A DNA stretch of 63,702 nt, counting the filler, from Reticulomyxa filosa (Eukaryota > Protista > Foraminifera): the NCBI GenBank assembly GCA_000512085.1. It is 19 parts of 19 records of this genome, joined end to end, with 100 filler letters (N's around TTAATTAATTAA, not from the genome) between each part and the next. Parts side by side here need not be neighbours in the genome. Positions count along the whole stretch, not along the records: positions 52,399 to 53,777 come from ASPP01027157.1; positions 53,878 to 55,035 come from ASPP01032863.1; positions 55,136 to 57,650 come from ASPP01018193.1; positions 57,751 to 58,961 come from ASPP01009933.1; positions 59,062 to 60,535 come from ASPP01000804.1; positions 60,636 to 61,635 come from ASPP01048178.1; positions 61,736 to 63,702 come from ASPP01012249.1; 12 more parts are not named here. One strand, given 5' to 3'. Positions 53,670-63,702 of the stretch are shown piece after piece (the stretch's first letter is position 1; each line of letters begins with the position of its first letter). Below the pieces are notes generated by a model. The model was not told the origin of the DNA. It ran no database searches and saw only the letters and a program-made list of their open reading frames with translations. The position numbers and the translations under genes were made by a program.

Positions 53670-54107
53670 GTTTTTTTTCAGTTGGTGGGAGGAGGGGTGC
53701 AAACTAATAAGGGAGGGGGAAGGTAGATTCGAAAAAAAGGGAAAGGTACAAAAAAAAAAAAAAAAAAAAAAAATTGGNNNNNNNNNNNNNNNNNNNNNNN
53801 NNNNNNNNNNNNNNNNNNNNNTTAATTAATTAANNNNNNNNNNNNNNNNNNNNNNNNNNNNNNNNNNNNNNNNNNNNCTGTTTTTATTTTTCAAAAATTG
53901 TTTCAAAAGACAAGTTTTTGAGTGTAAACATATTTCATAAATATTGTTAAAAATTTTTCCAACCAATAAATTAAGGACTTATGATTAAATTGTTCAGCTT
54001 ATTTGTAAAAAAAACAGGTGGAACACAATCAAAGGGAAACTTCAAATGAAAACTTTATATTGCAATCAATAAACAAAAAAGAGAGTAGAAAGCAGAAAAT
54101 AGCAACA

Positions 54108-54600
54108 TGAGCCAAGCCGAGAATGAAAAGAGCAGAGAAGAAAGCGGGACAAAAGTGACCCCAATTTCTCTTGACGACAAAGACTGAATTTTAAAACCAA
54201 ATCAAGACGAGGAAATCAGCAACTTGATTTGTTTAATCTGTGGAAATGTGGCAAATAATCCAGTCGAAATTACTTGTCCTCAACATGTGGACAAAGAAAG
54301 GCCATTGATTGTTGGAGAGTATTGTTTGCAACAATATTTAAACAATAATGAAAACGCTTGTCCTGTACAACGTCATGCTAACTGTCACTACCCCAAAAAT
54401 CAACTATTGCAATGTCTAATTAATGAATTGGAAGTGGTCTATCCACAAAATTTTCAACAAGAAGAGCAAAACCTCCAAGCTGGTCATATGCGATTTCAAA
54501 GGAAGCATAAGGGACATGAATGATCACTTGAGCAAGTTGTTGGTTCAAAGAATTTGGATACAATCAGTTGAGATGCATATTTAGAAGAATCCATGCCACC
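54108..54600 (+). pseudogene. TRAF-type RING zinc-finger gene relic
   Basis: ICLICGNVANNPVEITCPQH...IVGEYCLQQYL...CPVQRH. An in-frame TGA lies upstream (about 54185) and frameshifts lie downstream. Confidence 0.65.
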
Positions 54601-55707
54601 ATTTCACAACAATATCCCTAATTTTGTCAAAGATGAAACTACGCCCCCCTTTTTTATTTTCTTCCACCAAATTTTAATTTGAGAGAAACAAAATTGTTGT
54701 GCTCACAAGAGAAGGAACCTTGGATACAACAACATTTGACAAAATCAATAATTTTTTTGTTGTCGTTGTTGAGAAATTCTCATCCCTTTCTTTGCAATAT
54801 TTGAAAATCATTATGTTTCCGGTGCTGCTTTATCAATTGCTTGCTTAGAAAATTTTTTCTTTACTTGTTCCTGTTGCTCTTAGAGAGGCTTTTTTAATGG
54901 AAAAAAAAGTCAGAATAAGACGACAGGAAAAAAAAGGGAAGGACAAGGAAACGAGGATGAATATCAACATACATTTGTTTGTAGCAATTCCCATTTAATA
55001 AGCTTCAATATTCATTTATTCTCGAGAAGGTATTTNNNNNNNNNNNNNNNNNNNNNNNNNNNNNNNNNNNNNNNNNNNNTTAATTAATTAANNNNNNNNN
55101 NNNNNNNNNNNNNNNNNNNNNNNNNNNNNNNNNNNACATCATTGAGTCCATAGAATTCAATCATCAAGAAACATCAAGTAAAAAATAAAAACAAATATAA
55201 ACTGTTATTTGTGATTTTATTAATGAAAACATAAATGCATTAAGTTATTTACAATTTCAGTTGTCATATGAAAATGTATGTTTATTGAACAATCAACTTT
55301 TGTGTTTTTCAATGTAATTTTGATATTTCAAATATTGGTTATTTCCCTTAACAAATTAAGATTCAAGTGCTTTGAAAAGAATGTTGGTGTTGAATTTTTC
55401 TTTATGATAAGAGAACGATTTAATTTTTTTACTATTTTCGAAATTTTTATTTTTTTAGTGATGGTGCCGCCTTCAAATTTATGTGGCTGATTTGTTGAAA
55501 GCTTCCCGAAATGAATATTGACATTTTTCAAACGACAAAAAGGGCGATCCATAAAAGTATCACTAACGAATAAAGTTTTTTTTTTTTTTGCCGCATTAAT
55601 TCTCTCAAATCAACCAAAATACAAAACAAACATCCCTGGATCAAACGGACAATGCCCTCGCCCCCTCTCTACTCTCCTTGAATTCCCTTTGTTCTCCCAG
55701 CAGTTTT

Positions 55708-57560
55708 TTATTTCTTTGCTAAATCAAATAAATTGACGACAGATCGGTTTCCTGCTGGTAGATCTTCATCCGATTGCCGTTTATACACAGGACATACATC
55801 GCCAGAGCTTCCACATTGCCAGTTTCCTTCTTTTGTTTTGGGTTTCATGCAAACAAAGCAAAATGCGGCAGTGCATCGACACGTCATATGTTTGCAAGCT
55901 TCAGTGTGATTCACCATTTGACCACAAGCTATCAATGGGTGTTTTATTTATGTTGACTTTTGTAAGGATCGGTCTTTGTTCGTTAAGTGCGCATAGTAAA
56001 AATAAAAAATTGTAACTGGGACAGCCTCGAATTTCTGGTACTTCTCCAACTTGCCCAATTGTTTTGGTTGGACAAGAAGCCAAAAGATCGATAATATCGG
56101 CACGAGTTTGAGTCAGACACTGGGCGTTTCCACAAGAGCTGTCAGATGTACCTTCCCAGCCATTTCCACACGACCAACAAAAATAATGGACATTTGCTTC
56201 ATTGATCAATGTTGTTTTTTCCTCTTCCTTTTTTTCTTCCGTCTTTGATGGCGAGATTGGGCTTGTGGTCGTCGTTGCCGTTGCTGTTGCCGTTGCCGTT
56301 GCCGTTGCCGTTACCGTCGTCGTTGTTGCTGTAGTAATCGTTGGCGACTCTTGTCTCACATCAGAAGTATCCACTTTGGCTTCCGTGTTTTGCAAAGTGC
56401 TCGTAGCAGTGTCACTCGTAGTTACGTCTGTGGTGGCTGCTGTCTTCGAAGTGCCTGTCTTGTCCATAGCGTCCGTGGTGCAGAACATGCGATCAAATAC
56501 ACTTGCTTTGCGCTTGGTCTTGGACTTGCCGCCATTGGCTTCTTCTTTGTCAAAGGTGCAGAGTGGACACACTGACTTGAATTTGATATATGCCGACTTG
56601 TCAGCTTTCAATTCACGATACAATATGCTTTCGCACTTGTCGCACCTATTGCAGTCCATTGTACCAACACATATGGTTTTATAAAAATATAACATAAAAA
56701 TTTTTTGTTAACATACCGTGCATATATATATATATATATATATAATTAAATAAAAATAAAAAGTCAACTTTTGGACGTCATAGGCATCATGCAAGCGATT
56801 TTCACTGAAGCAAACCTCCAAGGCAAATATTTTCTCCAAAGCTTCTTCCGTCGCTTTGGACTTTGTATTTTTTTTGTTCAAGTGATGGGACAAGATTTTC
56901 TTGAGAGCAGCGTACGGGAGGGGCTTGGCACAAGGTGTTGGTCCCTGTTGGTTGTTCGGTTCTGCTTCGTTCATTGGGGACATCGAATGGCCACTCTTTT
57001 TTGCTTTCAAACAGCTCCACAAATAGCCGTACAACGAGTCGCCCGTCATGCCATGTCCGCATCCCGGCAAGGAATAGCAATCGTCACACACCTCCAGTAG
57101 TATTGGGTCTTTGTCTTTGATCAACTTCACTTCAAACTTTTCATAGTCTTTGAGGGCCTGTTCCTTGGGCGACAATGTCACCAATACACTCGTATCCGTA
57201 CTTGTGACTGTACTCGTTATCAAAGCCTTTGTTGTTTCTTCGACTTTCTTCTCTTCGACTTTTTTCTCTTCGACTTTCTTCTCTTCTGTTACTACGGTTG
57301 CACTACTTGACGTCGCTACCAATGGCTGTGCGTAGCCTTCCTTCACCGCCACCACGATATGCGGGTCGAACAACGAGTCTCTCTCTTGATCCAATACGTA
57401 CCATGACAACAGGTCTGTATCATTCTGCAACTCGTCTCCTGCGTACAACAGTTTCAATTCGCAGTTGTGGTCGATTTCCAATTCGTTTCTTATCTGCTCT
57501 TTCAATGCCCCCACTGTACTCTCTTCCTTCTTTTCTTTCAATGCAAATTTTATTGTCATC
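55708..57560 (-). CDS. Ubiquitin-like domain + RBR (RING1-IBR-RING2) E3 ligase
   Basis: UBL (TVGALKEQI...LKLLYAGDELQND); degenerate RING1 (PGCGHGM...CAKPL); IBR (RCDKC...CPLC...FCWSC...CGNAQC); Rcat (RGCPS|CGQMVNHTEACKHMTCRCTAAFCFVC). Confidence 0.82.
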
Positions 57561-58030
57561 ACTCCTGTCTTTCGTGTTCCTCTGCCTTTTTTTTTATTCT
57601 TTTTTTTTTTTTTTTTACCCCCCCCCAATTCACCACCACAATGAAATTTCNNNNNNNNNNNNNNNNNNNNNNNNNNNNNNNNNNNNNNNNNNNNTTAATT
57701 AATTAANNNNNNNNNNNNNNNNNNNNNNNNNNNNNNNNNNNNNNNNNNNNGCGGGCTTGCCCTTTTGTCATGGCTGGAGTGTATGATGTTGGCTTGTAGG
57801 TTGGTGCTGAGCATAGAGCGGAGAAGATGAAGCACTATCTGTGGGGCTGCTTCATTGCACGAGTCACCTCGCTGTTTTTACACTGCAACTTCTTCTATGC
57901 GTTGTGTGTGTGGATGAGTAGGCGGGGCGTGAGTAGGCACAGTATTTATACCTTTATGAAGCGTAGGAAAAGCTAAAGCCGTAGCAATTTAGCTAAGGTC
58001 ATTTAAAAAACTAAATTTATTGGAGTTATT

Positions 58031-58961
58031 ATGTCGGGTGCTGTTATTGAGAATGGACCGAATGAAAGTAATGTGATCATCGAGGGGCGAGATGGTCCAG
58101 CATCTATAAGTATGCAATTGTATCAAGATTTATATAATCAGATAACTGGAAAATCTGAGGAGATTAAGCAATTTTCTAAGAAATCAATTAAAGTTAAACT
58201 AGAAGATGTTAGGCAGTTTGATATAAAAATAAAGCAAATTTTAGAACAGTATAAGATTGTTTCCTTTAATTCATCTTTTTCTGTTATTTACGATAAAAAT
58301 CAAAAAGAGACACATAGCTCTATAGAAAAATTCATGAGTCTAAATAATGCAATTTCTAATTGTACTGAGAGTGTTTTTATAAAATATAATTTTGCTATTA
58401 TACTTCCGCAAACATCAAGAGCTCAGAGTTACACTATAGCAGTCAAGCTTAGTAATAGAATTACTAGTCAAAAGAAGCTAGTTGAGGAATTGCCTAATGG
58501 AATTCCTGCTGCAGTTGTTAACATGTTTACCTCTAAAACCTGTGAAATAACCATCTCTTATGTTGATTATGTTGTTGCAAGAACAGTAATTTCAGTTTTT
58601 GATGAGTGGGTTGATTCGCTGGATGAGTCAAGAGAGAGTGGCTTATTAAATTTTGCGAGAAAAAATTCACATTTTATACCGCCTATATTTAAATACACCA
58701 CTCTGTTGATTAGTGTTTGTGTACTTGCAAATCTTATGCCGACATTAGTCAGCAATAGTCCTAATGGCCCACAGTTTTTTCAGTTTGGGGTTTATTTGTT
58801 TGTTTTTATATTTATTTTATATAAGTTAGCTGCTGCAATTGGGCGTTTTGTAGAGAGATCAATAGATGCATCTAGTGAAATTTCTTATCTTGACATAACT
58901 AATGGTGATAAAAAATTAATTAATGAAGCGGAAGCATCAAATAAAATGGCGATAGTCAAGA
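58031..58961 (+). CDS. Probable bacterial hypothetical membrane protein (soluble domain + at least 2 TM; 3' truncated)
   Basis: 310 intronless codons, SD GGAG at 58022-58025 just upstream of the ATG, no homopolymer introns, two hydrophobic helices near the C-terminus. Confidence 0.7.
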
Positions 58962-60101
58962 NNNNNNNNNNNNNNNNNNNNNNNNNNNNNNNNNNNNNNN
59001 NNNNNTTAATTAATTAANNNNNNNNNNNNNNNNNNNNNNNNNNNNNNNNNNNNNNNNNNNNTTAACATTGTGAGATTGGATCTGTTTCATCAATTTCTCT
59101 CCAGGAGATTTTTTTCATTTTTTGGATGCTCTTTTGTGCAAATTTTTTCCACTCCAAAAATTAGGAGTGATAACTTGTCAGCTTTTCTATTATTATCTTC
59201 AAGAGGCAGTCACAATGATCCCATGACAATAAATAAACATTTTAAATTGTGTTAGCAAAGCAATGAAAAACTGAAAAATAGATTATTTGAAGAACATAAT
59301 CGTTATCATTCAAAATTTTTTAAGTTTTTGTCTTCTTAACAAATTCTCGTCGCAATATATGAAAAGAAATTGAGGCGCAAATATAAATATATCAATACCG
59401 AAAATTCAGCAAATTTGTCAATCTATCATTTGGCAGCTTTTTTCTTTTCCAAGCAACTTTTATATAATCGTTGTACAAGCTGAAAACGACATTATCTGTC
59501 AGAAATTAAACTAATTTGAATCTGTTCATCACAAAATTTGAAGCTGTCTTGTTTGTAGCATAACAAACAAATATGTTTTTTTGATTGAAATTGTTATATA
59601 ATTTTTTTGTTTAACAAAGAATTTCATTGTTTATTATTTTCATGCAAAAAATATTATTACAAAAACTAGAAATGTTTGTTTAAATGTACCTTTGGCTTCT
59701 TTTCAAAAATTGAAGGTACTAATTTAGAGAGTAGTAACACACACTAACATAACACCACTTTGCAGTCATACCCATAATAACAGATAAAATGTTGAATCTG
59801 TTTTACAGTTATTTTTTTTGTCGTCCTTTCAAAAAAAGAAAACTGACACCAAACTTTAATGTAGCAATCCGGCCAAGTCTATGCTTAATCCACTGGGCTG
59901 TTCAATCGACTTCTATAAAATGTCATACGATCTTCTGTCAGAGTGTTAAAATAAAACGCTTAGATGAGTGCGTTTGTTTTTTCCAAAGCTAGAAAGGAGA
60001 CCAAGAAACAAAAACATCCTATTTCTTCATCCACTTCCCATTTTTGCCTAAAACGTTTTGGGTGGAATATTTTATTATATCCCAAAAATAGACAACAAAT
60101 A

Positions 60102-60478
60102 ATGGCAAATACAGAAGAAGATTCACAGGTATTCCTTTATGGCCGACGTTTGACCAAGGAGAGCAGAAACAAAAAAGACGACGAAAAAATAAACAACCCA
60201 AAACCAATAGATACGCAAGGAATGGAGAACAAGCTCACGAGTGCAAATATACTCCAATTCGAAGCGGAAATGGTTTGAGGGAGAAGTAGCACAAATATTT
60301 CATGACGCCGAAGGAGAGTGGCTTGAAGTTGAGACGTATACTTTGCCTCCCCTTTTTTTTTTTTTTTTTTTTAATAATGAAATATTACAATCACAAACAC
60401 ATATCACATAAAAAGATAAGATATGATAAATCAATGTCCAAGCAAGTGCAACGATTCAGTACGGATATCAAACCAACA
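60102..60478 (+). CDS. Hypothetical protein, 5' exons
   Basis: MANTEEDSQVFLYGRRL...FEAEM | IRYDKSMSKQVQRFSTDIKPT with GT-AG boundaries. Confidence 0.35.
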
Positions 60479-60635
60479 GTTTGTTTTTTGTTTGTTTGTT
60501 TGTATTGTGATGGCAATAATTGGCACTATGAAAAANNNNNNNNNNNNNNNNNNNNNNNNNNNNNNNNNNNNNNNNNNNNTTAATTAATTAANNNNNNNNN
60601 NNNNNNNNNNNNNNNNNNNNNNNNNNNNNNNNNNN

Positions 60636-61635
60636 TGTTGTTATTGTTGTTATTATTACTGTTATTATTGTTATTATTGTTGTTATTGTTGTCGTTGTCA
60701 TTGTCTTCGTCACTCCACGTGGTGTCGTTTTGAGTGAAGAGCACATTGACTGACGGCGGATTCCAAAGGGTTTCGTCGACTTGTTTGCGAACGCCGACGG
60801 TGGATAGCGGAGTTTGCGGAGACAACGCGGCGTTGTAATCGGACTTGTTATGGTTGTTGGACGAGCCGAGCGTTCCGACGGTGTCGAGCGCAATCACGTG
60901 GGAGTGCAAAGGATGGCCAAGAGGCGTCGTCGCGATCAGGTGGTTTTGACTTTGGCTTTGAGGAGTCATTGCGTAGCTTGGAGGAGTCCCGACAGAGGAT
61001 AGATCATCCAGCTCCTCCACAGCGTCGTGAGGCGAGTTGCCATTACCATTTGCATTTGTATTTGCATTTACATTTGCATTTGCATTCCAATAGTATCCCT
61101 GCCATTGACTATCGACAATGGGTTGGATATTGGTTTGCACAAAGTTTTGAATGTCTTGGTGATAAATCACGCGCTGCTGCTTTTGGTCGCACTTGTTGGC
61201 GACTACGATCACCGGAATGAATGGTGGATCACTGCCATTCAGCAAAGGTTCGCTAGCAACGGAAGATGTCCGACGTTTACGTATCAACGGCATTTTGCTT
61301 AAAAAGTCTTGGTATCTGGTGACATTATAAACATATCCACATATATTCATATATAAATATATGAATATATGAATATATGAATATACGAAGATATGAATAT
61401 GTATGAAATGTTTGTTCAAAACTTAAATAGCAAATATTCCAACGAAGACGTATCCGTGACATCGCAGACCAAGACAAGCGCATCGACTTTTTCAAAGAAC
61501 GTGTCGTCACCGATGGCGTGGAATCCCAAGTCGATGATATGCAAATTCACGTTCAGATCCATTTTCGATACGCGAATGTGTTTCTTTTGACTGCCGATGG
61601 GGTCCTTGGTCAATTGCGATTGCGGAATGGCCTCG
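60636..61635 (-). CDS. Atypical Ras-superfamily small-GTPase-like protein (fragment)
   Basis: VNLHIIDLG (G3 region), DALVLVCDVTDTSSL, PVIVVANKCD (G4) and RVI. One intron at about 61317-61421; long low-complexity inserts. Confidence 0.72.
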
Positions 61636-61735
61636 NNNNNNNNNNNNNNNNNNNNNNNNNNNNNNNNNNNNNNNNNNNNTTAATTAATTAANNNNNNNNN
61701 NNNNNNNNNNNNNNNNNNNNNNNNNNNNNNNNNNN

Positions 61736-62341
61736 AAAGATACCGACCATAATGTTGATATCCGCTCGTATCAGACAATGCATGTATCAGATGGATTTTT
61801 TATATGTCTGTTAAGCGTCGCCCTTGGTATGGACGTGTGGCGCAATTATTTGGCCATTTCGATTCGCTTCCGAAGTGTGATAGTGGTGAACACTATCTAT
61901 TTGTTTTCCGGACTGTTGTATTTCTTTGCCTTTGCTACGTTCAGTGACGATGTTGCCACCAACAACACGCGTGCCGTCGCAGCTGGGTTCTTCTTTGTTT
62001 TGCTTGGAGGTGGCCTGTTGTATGCCTTGGAGTTTATCGATATTTGCTGCAAATGGTTGGGTGAAATCCAGTTGTATGCAATGAAAGCACGCTTGAAAAT
62101 CCTTATCATTCTCAGCATTGCCTTGTATCTCTTTGGTACCTTCCTCGTGGACTGTGGCTTGTGGGGCATTGTTGACAAGTCGAACGCCACTTCAAAAACC
62201 AATGCCGTGGTTGTTGGGATGTCCTTTTTGTTCTCTTTCGTTGCTATTTTTGTCGCCTTGGACATTGTCTTAGGAGACTTTTTCACTTCCCTTTTCCGAA
62301 AAAAAGAGCAATCTCAGCATACTCAAGGGCTATTGCACTAA
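61736..62341 (+). CDS. Multi-pass membrane protein, C-terminal fragment
   Basis: About five hydrophobic helices in 187 aa. Confidence 0.65.
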   Translation, partial: KDTDHNVDIRSYQTMHVSDGFFICLLSVALGMDVWRNYLAISIRFRSVIVVNTIYLFSGLLYFFAFATFSDDVATNNTRAVAAGFFFVLLGGGLLYALEFIDICCKWLGEIQLYAMKARLKILIILSIALYLFGTFLVDCGLWGIVDKSNATSKTNAVVVGMSFLFSFVAIFVALDIVLGDFFTSLFRKKEQSQHTQGLLH

Positions 62342-63702
62342 ATTGTGATTTTTTTTTTTTTTTTCTTCTTGCATGATATTCTTTTTTTTGAATAATTTTC
62401 AAAATTGGCTTGTATGCTAAATGATTTGGTCCAAATAATTGTCCTGACTTACATTTAAAAAATTTTGCTTTTTTTCAATCACAAACACGGATTGACGAAA
62501 GATGACGACCTCTTTTAGTAACCAAATACACTTTTTTGTATTTTTGTGGACATAGCAACTTGCACATGGGAATTCCTAATTTTACTTCCTTTTTTAAAAA
62601 AACAGAGACATTACGTCATATGTACGACGCACTAACGTACATTATTACACAAATGATATCATAAGTTTCTATTCAGCTGTAATTGACTTGTAAAACAAAA
62701 ATGTTAGTCTCTTGTTCAGGTTAGAGCCAAAAATAAACCTTTTTTCAAAATCTTGTTTAAAAATATCTGCGAATTTTCAAGTGTTTCAAAACATATTTAA
62801 TTTTTTAAAAATTTTTTGCAATTTCAAACATTTTATCATTTTCTATAGAATCGATATTTTACTTACTAATTTTTGTAATTCTTTTTGTTTTTTTTGAAGG
62901 TTTAGTTTTTATTTTCACTACTTGTTTTATCCTTTTGTTGTTAGAATGTCTAAGTTTATCATGATAACTTTGCTATGCTTTGTTTTTTAATATTATTAAC
63001 ATTTTGACTTGTGATGATTTTTGACAATTATATTTTGTGTTAATACATGTTTTAATTTATGTGCTTTGTCAATATCATTTTTTATTTTTTATTACTTTTA
63101 TATTTTAGAGTTTTATAGGCTTTTTGAAAAACATCAAGCTTCAAAGAGATCCAATTTAAAAAAAATAGAAAAGCCACAGTCACGTCATTAAGCTCAAACT
63201 CAAATGAGTGGTCAAGTGAGAGTTGATATAAAGTTGGAGGTAGGACTTAATCACAAATACATGGACATGCTGAACATGTACGGAATCTTGACGTCTGGGA
63301 AAAAAAAGAAACACTTAATGGCCGCCCGCAGGGCTTATTAATAAAAAAAAATAAAACACTTTACACATATTGTATTATCTTTTTTTGGTTAATTTAAATT
63401 AATTTTTTATTTTTCGAATTTTTATTAAAGTTTTCATGCATTAGAAAGGCAAAAGGATGTAAATGCTAGACCAAAGCATGATGAAGCGATGCATACACTT
63501 CATATCATATCACAGATTGTGGCACTCACAATGATTATGTATATATTGAATTCTTTTTTAAGTTTTTGTTAAATAATTATTGTTTATCTTAATCTATTAA
63601 AGTGTTTGCTATGATAAGTGTAAGACAATGTATTTGAAATATGCCATATGGCACTGCATGTTTCCCTTTTTTAAAAAAAACAAACAAAGAGTCTTTTTTG
63701 GA

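Noticed and set aside
60102-60478. Possible kinesin motor N-terminus (VFLYGRRL)
   Set aside because: Only a weak resemblance to VxVxVRxRP, and no P-loop within the contig.

Overview
This window is not one locus. It is 19 short, unrelated contigs joined by an artificial 100-bp linker (44 N + TTAATTAATTAA + 44 N, 18 copies). Seventeen contigs are AT-rich, intron-containing eukaryotic DNA. Their expanded WD40, Kelch-like and TRAF-type RING families and their homopolymer-rich introns suggest a foraminiferan such as Reticulomyxa filosa (inference). The eukaryotic genes include an ABCG half-transporter, three WD40 genes (one fused to a Kelch-like domain), a C2H2 zinc-finger protein, the C-terminal half of an RNF213-like E3 with an intact RZ finger, the HisRS-like part of GCN2, and a Ubc4/5-class E2. 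Also present are TBC1D19-like, LIM, PH, syntaxin, GNAT, SPT/LCB2, SAM-U-box and UBL-RBR genes, a NEURL4/Gig2-type ADP-ribosyltransferase-like gene, an actin pseudogene, a Tc1 remnant, and an RT-less non-LTR retrotransposon with an apparent target-site duplication. Two contigs look bacterial. The strongest candidate for an under-described system is on the GC-rich one (28408-29816): leuA carries an N-terminal Cro-like HTH domain, its sigma70 promoter has the -35 box inside an inverted repeat, a second palindrome lies upstream, and a second in-frame Shine-Dalgarno/ATG follows the HTH. Together these suggest an autoregulatory trigger enzyme made in two isoforms.
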